A stretch of DNA of 64,000 nt from an uncultured Mycoplasmatota bacterium (GTDB lineage: Bacteria > Bacillota_I > Bacilli_A > RF39 > UBA660): positions 16,973 through 80,972 of the forward strand of contig CAMEJC010000001.1 of NCBI GenBank assembly GCA_945919295.1, written 5' to 3'. Positions 1 through 6,742 of the stretch are shown one piece after another. The notes beneath the pieces are model-generated. The model was not told where the DNA came from. It made no database searches and saw only the letters and a program-made list of their open reading frames with translations. The position numbers and the translations under genes were made by a program. Position 1 is the first letter of the stretch. Each line of letters starts with the position of its first letter.

Positions 1-60
1 AATCTCAAAAATTTGTTGTATATTTGCATTGTAGGAATGTTTTTATAATTAAATTAAAAA

Positions 61-288
61 TTGATCATTATGAAAAAACAAAGTTTCAAAGAATGGTTGC
101 ACGAACCAGATGAAGAAGGAGCAACAGGAGAAATGGTTGTTGGGTTTTCGTTTTTGATACCAATAGTCACTTTCATACTAGCCTGTATCGGGACAAGAAC
201 TATTGAGTTTTGCATACTCCCTATTGCTTTTGTGGTACAAGGTTTGTATGTTCTATTGTTTTATTTGTTTAATAGTAAATCCAAATGA
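61..288 (+). CDS. small hydrophobic hypothetical protein
   Basis: 75-aa ORF with hydrophobic stretches; follows a promoter-like element at the window start (1-40). Confidence 0.35.
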   Translation: MIIMKKQSFKEWLHEPDEEGATGEMVVGFSFLIPIVTFILACIGTRTIEFCILPIAFVVQGLYVLLFYLFNSKSK

Positions 289-1019
289 TAGAAATGAAAA
301 TATATAATGGAGATTGTTTAGAGGTAATGAAAAACATACCAGATAAATCAGTTGATTTGGTTTTATGTGATTTACCTTATGGAACTACAAATTGCTCATG
401 GGATGTAATTATACCATTTGATAAACTTTGGGAACAATATAACAGAATAGTTAAAAACAATGGTGCAATTGTTTTGTTTGAACAAGAACCATTTTCATCA
501 TTGTTAAGATGTTCTAATTTAAAAGATTATAGATATGATATTTACTGGGAAAAAGAACGCATAACCAATATAATGCAGGTTAAGAAACGTGTAGGTAAAA
601 CGGTTGAAACAATATCTGTATTCTATAAAAATCAACCAACATACAACCCACAAATGGTTAAATATGATGGTCCTAAACGCTCAAATAAAGTTAAGAATGG
701 CAAACTTGGAAAACTTATTGATGATGCAAATGATAAAAAAGTTACAGAATACAATGATACAGGATTAAGATATCCTACACAAGTATGGAAATTCAAACGT
801 GACATTTTGACATCTAATCTTCATCCAACTCAAAAACCTGTATTGTTGCTTGAAGAACTTATAAAAACATTCACAAACGAAGGTGATGTTGTTTTAGATA
901 ACTGCATGGGGTCAGGTAGTACAGGCGTTGCATGTAAAAATACAAATAGAAATTTCATTGGCATTGAATTAGATAAAACTTATTTTGATATAGCAAAAAA
1001 TAGAATTGAAAACAACTAA
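285..1019 (+). CDS. DNA methyltransferase, beta-class (N6-adenine/N4-cytosine)
   Basis: N-terminal DLPY (motif IV, DPPY variant); C-terminal HPTQKP and LDNCMGSGSTGVACKNTNRNFIGIE (motif I FxGxG). Confidence 0.75.
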   Translation: MIEMKIYNGDCLEVMKNIPDKSVDLVLCDLPYGTTNCSWDVIIPFDKLWEQYNRIVKNNGAIVLFEQEPFSSLLRCSNLKDYRYDIYWEKERITNIMQVKKRVGKTVETISVFYKNQPTYNPQMVKYDGPKRSNKVKNGKLGKLIDDANDKKVTEYNDTGLRYPTQVWKFKRDILTSNLHPTQKPVLLLEELIKTFTNEGDVVLDNCMGSGSTGVACKNTNRNFIGIELDKTYFDIAKNRIENN

Positions 1020-1056
1020 TAAATTATTTTTTATATATTTATATAAATGATTTTTT

Positions 1057-1878
1057 ATGCAAGAAAAATGTGAATTATATTTAGGTAATTGTGTTGATGT
1101 ATTATCAAAATTAATAAATGATGGAATACAAGTTGATTTAACTATAACATCACCGCCGTATGATAATATATTAACATATCAAGGTACTTGTACTTGGAAT
1201 TTTGACATATTTAAAGAAATTGCTAATAAATTATACCAAATAACAAAAGATGGTTGTGTTGTCGTGTGGGTTGTTGGTGATCAAATAATAAACGGTTCAA
1301 AATCACTTACATCTTTTAAGCAAGCATTATATTTTCAAGAAATAGGTTTCAAGTTTCATGATGATATTATATTTGAAAAAAATTCACCATCTTTTCCACC
1401 AAAAAGAACATCTAAACGTTATGGTAATATATATGAACATATGTTCGTTTTAGTAAAAGGTAGAAACATACGTAATGATATTACATTGATTGCTGATAAA
1501 CCAAATAAATATGCTGGCTTATCTTCTTGGGGCAATTGTAATCATTATGATAAAAATGGTAACATTATAAATGGTAAAAAAATTGAAAATATACCAGATT
1601 TTAGTTTAAGAAATAATATATGGAAATATACAGTTGGTTGTAATAAAGATAAAAAATTCGGAAAACACCCTGCTGTATTTCCTGAACAACTTGTTCTTGA
1701 CCATTTGTTATCTTGGTCTGTTGAAAATGATTTAGTTCTTGACCCTTTCATGGGAAGTGGAACGACTGGAAAAGTATCATTATTGAATAACAGAAAATTT
1801 ATAGGTATTGAATTATGTGATACTTATTTTAATCAAGCCAAAGAACGAATTAATTTTTATAAAAACACTTTTTTATAA
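1057..1878 (+). CDS. DNA methyltransferase (SPPY motif; N4-cytosine or N6-adenine, beta-class)
   Basis: TSPPYDN motif IV near N-term; C-terminal FPEQL and LDPFMGSGTTGK plus NRKFIGIEL motif I. Confidence 0.75.
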   Translation: MQEKCELYLGNCVDVLSKLINDGIQVDLTITSPPYDNILTYQGTCTWNFDIFKEIANKLYQITKDGCVVVWVVGDQIINGSKSLTSFKQALYFQEIGFKFHDDIIFEKNSPSFPPKRTSKRYGNIYEHMFVLVKGRNIRNDITLIADKPNKYAGLSSWGNCNHYDKNGNIINGKKIENIPDFSLRNNIWKYTVGCNKDKKFGKHPAVFPEQLVLDHLLSWSVENDLVLDPFMGSGTTGKVSLLNNRKFIGIELCDTYFNQAKERINFYKNTFL

Positions 1879-1925
1879 ACAAAATTAAGCCATATATTAA
1901 AAATTTGTTGTATCTTTGCAGTATG
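1871..1925 (+). promoter_or_regulatory. class-A conserved promoter/leader element
   Basis: TTTTATAAACAAAATTAAGCCATATATTAAAAATTTGTTGTATCTTTGCAGTATG; contains TATCTTTG (TAnnTTTG) and a TATATT -10-like box; more than 28 copies in the window. Confidence 0.6.
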
Positions 1926-1974
1926 AAATAAAAAAAATAGGAAAATTATATAATAACTAAAAAAAATAGAAATT

Positions 1975-3351
1975 ATGAAAACTTTATCTCAATCAAAACA
2001 CATGTCTCATGAGTACTGTTGTACTATTGTTAAAATTGGCGAGGTTAAACCTATTGACGGTTCTGACTTTTTAGGTCAAGTTCTTGTGGAAGGTAGAACT
2101 ATTGTTGTTAGAAAAGATGAAATTCACGAGGGTGATATTTTGTTTTATGTTCAAAATGAATCTCAAATTAATAGAGATTTTACTTTTGTTAATAATTTAT
2201 TTGATGATAAAACATTAAATTATGATACATCACAAAAAGGATATATCAATAAGAATTGCCGTATAAGAATGGTTAAATTAAGAGGTGTTTTATCTATGGG
2301 ATTCTTATTTAGCGTTTCTTGTATGAAAAAATGGTATCCTAATTTCGATGTCGATATCAGCCAACATATTGGTGAGGATTTTGATACTGTAAATGGTGAG
2401 TTATTTGTTAAAGCTTATGTCCCACCTGTTAAAGAGTCTAATGTTAATCGAAATAAAAGTAAAAACAATAACTTAAATAAAATAGATTGTCTTATTCCTG
2501 GTAAATTTCAATTACATTATGATACACAACAACTGAATCGTAATATGGATAAAATTCAACCTAATGATGTAGTTTCTATTTCAGTTAAAATGCACGGAAC
2601 TTCTATTGTTATTGGTAATGTTTTGACTAAATATCCTAAATTTAATGGCCTATATTTTAAATTATTCCCATATTTACCTAAATTTCTAAAGTTTTATAAA
2701 GAAAAATATACTGTTATTTATTCTTCTCGAACTGTCATAAAAAATAGAAATATTAACCCTAAAGTAAAAGATGGTTATTATAGTAAAGATGTTTGGGGTG
2801 AATATTATGAACTACTTAAAAATTATATACCTGAAAATATGACAATTTATGGTGAAATTGTTGGATATGTCGGTGGTACTAACACTATGATACAAAAAGG
2901 TTATGATTATGGATGCAAACCAGGTGAAAATAAATTAATGATATATCGTATATCCACTGAAGATGAAACAGGTAAAAAATATGAGTGGAATGTGTCTGAT
3001 GTTTATGATTTCACTTTATTATTGAAAGATAAAGTTGAACTAAAAGATAAAATACACCCTATTGATATATTATATCACGGTACATTAAAAAACCTATATG
3101 AAGACGTTTCTATTACTACACATTGGAGCGAAAATGTTTTAGAAAAATTGAAAAATGATATAACATTCGGAATGGAACAAGACGAACCTATGTGTAGAAA
3201 TAAAGTACCAAGAGAAGGATTTTGTCTTAGAATCGATAATGATATTATTGATGAATGTTTTAAATTAAAATGTTTAAAATTCTTAAATAGAGAAAGTAAA
3301 CTCATTGATGATGGTGTTATTGATGATTTTGAAATGCAAGAACGTTATTAA
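1975..3351 (+). CDS. RNA ligase, Rnl2/Rnl5-like (N-terminal extra domain plus nucleotidyltransferase)
   Basis: KMHGTS matches ligase motif I KxHGT of Rnl2-type enzymes; REGFCLRID (motif IV-like) and KLKCLK (motif V-like) follow; about 190-aa N-terminal extension. Confidence 0.55.
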   Translation: MKTLSQSKHMSHEYCCTIVKIGEVKPIDGSDFLGQVLVEGRTIVVRKDEIHEGDILFYVQNESQINRDFTFVNNLFDDKTLNYDTSQKGYINKNCRIRMVKLRGVLSMGFLFSVSCMKKWYPNFDVDISQHIGEDFDTVNGELFVKAYVPPVKESNVNRNKSKNNNLNKIDCLIPGKFQLHYDTQQLNRNMDKIQPNDVVSISVKMHGTSIVIGNVLTKYPKFNGLYFKLFPYLPKFLKFYKEKYTVIYSSRTVIKNRNINPKVKDGYYSKDVWGEYYELLKNYIPENMTIYGEIVGYVGGTNTMIQKGYDYGCKPGENKLMIYRISTEDETGKKYEWNVSDVYDFTLLLKDKVELKDKIHPIDILYHGTLKNLYEDVSITTHWSENVLEKLKNDITFGMEQDEPMCRNKVPREGFCLRIDNDIIDECFKLKCLKFLNRESKLIDDGVIDDFEMQERY

Positions 3352-3353
3352 TT

Positions 3354-3941
3354 ATGATGATTAGTAAAAGATTAAATGTTGATGATATGTGCAAAAATAA
3401 GAGATGGTATAAAAAAGTAAAAGACTTTTTTGTATACAGCATTGGTTTGAATGTAAGAGATTGGTGGAATAGTATAAAATGGTATTTTAGTAATTTGAAG
3501 CGTTTTCAACCAGTGATTAAATCGTGGCGTTACTGGGATTATCAATATCAAGTTGATTTGTTTGTTTTCGGACTCAAGCAATTGGCGGATGCAATCGATA
3601 GATATGGACATGAAGAAGATGTATCACGCAAAAAAAAGGTTGCTGCAATTAAATCACTTATTGCCGAAATTGAACGTGATTATCAAGATGATGTGGATAG
3701 CCGTAATGAAGATTCTTATGCAAAATATTATGAGAGATACTATGCCGCACTGAAGAGAACGCGTAAAGCACATTATGACAAGATATTCAAACTGATTATC
3801 GGTCAGGACGAATACAAACTACATCAGATGGTCAAAGCCAAGTACGAAGCGTTATCTGAAGAAGAAAAAGAAAAATTCGATTATTTTTCCTCGTATGTAG
3901 AATTGTTCGACGGTTCTGGAATAGAAGGATGGTGGGATTAA
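3354..3941 (+). CDS. hypothetical protein
   Basis: 195-aa ORF; no class-A promoter, so probably co-transcribed with the ligase; visibly higher G+C than its flanks. Confidence 0.45.
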   Translation: MMISKRLNVDDMCKNKRWYKKVKDFFVYSIGLNVRDWWNSIKWYFSNLKRFQPVIKSWRYWDYQYQVDLFVFGLKQLADAIDRYGHEEDVSRKKKVAAIKSLIAEIERDYQDDVDSRNEDSYAKYYERYYAALKRTRKAHYDKIFKLIIGQDEYKLHQMVKAKYEALSEEEKEKFDYFSSYVELFDGSGIEGWWD

Positions 3942-4023
3942 AAAAATGAAAAACTTGAAATGGTGGCTTCAAAAAATTGTTATTGTAGAATGTCGAACTA
4001 TTATAAATCACAACAATTAGGAT

Positions 4024-4734
4024 ATGAAGATATTTGCTTGGTCAGACGGACATGGTGAGTTTCCACATAAATGGGAAAAAGAAGAACATGTCGACGTAGT
4101 TATAATAGCAGGTGATATTGTCCCATTGCATATTCAACGGGATCCAGAATCATCTTTGAATTGGTTTGAGAGTGAGTTCTTTGATTATGTCAGAAAGGTA
4201 AACGCAGATAAAGTTATACTCGTTGCAGGTAATCATGATTTTATGTTTGAGTATTTCGATAAGAGTTTTATTCTTTCCGAAATAAAGATGCACTCGTTAG
4301 ATGACAAACTTATCTATCTACAGGATGATATGTATGAGTATGGTGGTGAAAAGTTCTATGGAACACCTTGGATTGCCGACCTTCGGAATTGGGCATTCTA
4401 TGCAGAAGACTTGTATGAGAAATTCAGTCATATTCAAACAGGCACAACAATCCTTATAACACATATGCCTCCACATGTGATGAGTGTAGGTTCAACTTAT
4501 CCGTTTGATGATTTTAAGGGTTATCCACAAGAACGCAACTACGGAAGTTTTGCGTTGGCAAACAGAATGACTGAACTTCCGAATCTGAAACTAAATTTCT
4601 GCGGCCATGTCCACACTGGAACACACGGTGGTGTAAAACACGGAAACTGCACTATATACAACGTATCTATCAAAAATGAAGATTATGACAATGTCTATAA
4701 TCAAACTTATGTGGATACGGAAGAATTGATTTAA
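4024..4734 (+). CDS. calcineurin-like metallophosphoesterase
   Basis: SDGHGE, IIAGDIV and LVAGNHDF motifs of the MPP superfamily. Confidence 0.65.
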   Translation: MKIFAWSDGHGEFPHKWEKEEHVDVVIIAGDIVPLHIQRDPESSLNWFESEFFDYVRKVNADKVILVAGNHDFMFEYFDKSFILSEIKMHSLDDKLIYLQDDMYEYGGEKFYGTPWIADLRNWAFYAEDLYEKFSHIQTGTTILITHMPPHVMSVGSTYPFDDFKGYPQERNYGSFALANRMTELPNLKLNFCGHVHTGTHGGVKHGNCTIYNVSIKNEDYDNVYNQTYVDTEELI

Positions 4735-4855
4735 AATATAAATTCAATAATAATTTTTTTTATTATGTATAGTGAATATAATTCAATATAATTTAATATA
4801 ATAACTCATCATAAATATAACAAAAACAACTTTACATTTATACTATATAAATTGA

Positions 4856-6136
4856 ATGAAAACAATTAAGCTTAAAATAATGAACTCAATTGATTTGGAT
4901 TATGAGTTGAGGACTTATAATTCTGTGGTTCATTTTGCTTATAATCGTTTTCATGATGATAGTTCTGTTAAAGAGAAAGATGTCAGGTCTCAAGTAAATC
5001 AACTATTCAAAGGCAAGTTGAACTCATGGTTATTACAATGTGCTATCAAAGATGGTAAGTCAATACAGGAAAGAAATGAAAGTAAAAAAGTTATTTTTGG
5101 AGGCAAGTCATTGTATAAAAGGTATTTAAGAAAACTTATAGACAAAGAAGAATTCAACAAACAAAGACAACTTCCAATATCAAGTCAAGGTGAAATGTTA
5201 CGAAAAGGCAATAGAATGTTTGACTTTCACTTTGATAATCAATCACTTGTCTTTAAAGTATCAAAAAAGAAACACGTAGATATTAAATTAGGCAATATTC
5301 ATAGAAATCTTCAGAAAGAACTTAATAAACTCAATGAGTTATGCTATGATAAAAAGGCAACCATTTCGATAAAATTGAATAATGACTATATTTGGATAAC
5401 TTATGATGAGAAATTACTATGTAATCCAGTGAAATTCAATGAGTTGAAAGATAATAGAATCCTTGGATTAGATCTAAATCCTAATTATATTGGTTTGTCT
5501 GTTATTGAATTTGACAAAGAAGACAATTTTCAAGTTTTATATAAGCAAGTCTTTGACTTAAAGAAAATTACAGATAAAAATGCGTCAAAGAATAAAAGAC
5601 AATATGAGATAATCAAGATATGTCATACAATAAATAGTCTTATAAATTACTGGAAATGTAAGAAACTCTCTATAGAAGATTTGAATATAAAATCAAGCGA
5701 TAAAGGACAAGGGAAAAACTTTAATAGACTGTGTAATAATGTATGGGACAGGACATTAGTGTCTAATAAACTATTGATATTGAGTAATATATATGGGTAT
5801 GGACTTGTTAAAGTGAATCCTGTATACTCAAGTTTCATAGGTAATTTAGTTTATTGTGATTCAGAAACACCAGATATGGTTGCCGCTTCAATAGAAATAG
5901 CAAGAAGATCATATAAAAAATACGAAAAGAATTGGTTTTATCCTATCTTTGACATAGATTGTTTAGATGAGCAATGGAAGCAAACACTGACAGGAGTTAA
6001 AGATTGGAAAAACGCATTCTTAAAAATTAAAAACTCTAAAGTGAAATATAGAGTTCTGCTTAATGACATCGTTCAAAATGCAGTTTTCAGTAAATTCAAT
6101 AGAAAAAGCAAAGTTATTGTATATTCATTTGCATAA
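4856..6136 (+). CDS. TnpB/Cas12-like RuvC nuclease lacking the zinc finger
   Basis: N-term KTIKLKI...LRTYNSVVHFAYNRF matches the TnpB WED/N-terminal signature; RuvC-I ILGLDLNPNYIGLSV; RuvC-II LSIEDLNIK; KVNPVYSSF then ETPDMVAASIEIARR (RuvC-III, cf. DxNAAxNI) with no CxxC pairs between. Confidence 0.6.
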   Translation: MKTIKLKIMNSIDLDYELRTYNSVVHFAYNRFHDDSSVKEKDVRSQVNQLFKGKLNSWLLQCAIKDGKSIQERNESKKVIFGGKSLYKRYLRKLIDKEEFNKQRQLPISSQGEMLRKGNRMFDFHFDNQSLVFKVSKKKHVDIKLGNIHRNLQKELNKLNELCYDKKATISIKLNNDYIWITYDEKLLCNPVKFNELKDNRILGLDLNPNYIGLSVIEFDKEDNFQVLYKQVFDLKKITDKNASKNKRQYEIIKICHTINSLINYWKCKKLSIEDLNIKSSDKGQGKNFNRLCNNVWDRTLVSNKLLILSNIYGYGLVKVNPVYSSFIGNLVYCDSETPDMVAASIEIARRSYKKYEKNWFYPIFDIDCLDEQWKQTLTGVKDWKNAFLKIKNSKVKYRVLLNDIVQNAVFSKFNRKSKVIVYSFA

Positions 6137-6162
6137 CTTTTTATTGAATTTATATTTTAAAA

Positions 6163-6593
6163 TGAAGTACTACAGATATTCGGAAGAAGACATACGTGAT
6201 ATTCTGAACGCCAAAGATAAAAGAGAACTGATGGGGGTGTGGAATAGAATAAATGAGAATGGTTTGATGATAACCTGCTCGGCATGTAAGAATGACTATC
6301 CGTATTTCGAGAGTCCTGTTTTGAAAGATGAAGTTTGGAAGAACGTCACCACATACTATAACTTGCATGATGGATGTATAATGCGTGCAGCATCTGTTCC
6401 GCAGGAAATCAACGCATCGAAAATATATAAGTTAAAGATGCTTATGAATGTGCGCACAAGCAATACAGAAGTATGTGTTTGCAGGAAATGTATGGAAAAA
6501 GCGCTTGGGCATCCTCTTCATGAAAGTGATTTGAATGCCGTTGTTCCAATGAACAAAAAGATTATTAATGAATTGAAGATGACTTCTGCTTAA
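6163..6593 (+). CDS. Cys-rich (zinc-ribbon-like) hypothetical protein
   Basis: Start moved to MKYYRYSEED just after the TnpB-like stop; contains CSACKND and CVCRKCMEKALGH cysteine clusters; coding-like, higher G+C. Confidence 0.4.
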
Positions 6594-6654
6594 TTTGTGG
6601 ATGTCATTTTGCAAATTATGCTATACAAAATGCACTTTTTTTGAATTTTTCTTC

Positions 6655-6702
6655 AAAAAAATTTGGTTGTTTAAAAAAATTGTAGTATCTTTGCAGTGTG
6701 AA
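6655..6702 (+). promoter_or_regulatory. class-A promoter (variant) upstream of the MmeI-like gene
   Basis: AAAAATTGTAGTATCTTTGCAGTGTG. Confidence 0.5.
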
Positions 6703-6742
6703 ATTGGATGTTAAAAACATAGATTATTAACAAGTTAATTTA

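Noticed and set aside
1545-1751. Minus-strand 68-aa ORF inside the MTase gene, and similar antisense ORFs (3075-3305, 3372-3611, 3553-3753, 5647-5838, 6150-6368, 6432-6614, 7003-8794 series, 10636-11265, 12049-12382, 13223-13414, 14057-14248, 16887-17240, 17508-17699, 18844-19364, 25257-26026 + strand set, 27233-27481, 30024-30227, 30330-30581, 31327-31617, 32992-33234, 34640-34822, 36239-36448, 38781-38972, 40378-41507 short set, 42328-43106, 47882-48067, 49529-49875, 56700-56903, 57112-57350, 57885-58079, 58311-58514, 59932-60144, 62300-62899, 63027-63257)
   Set aside because: Each lies fully inside, or antisense to, a longer ORF with recognisable motifs or paralogy, or spans promoter/terminator modules. 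Low-complexity AT-rich translations typical of spurious frames
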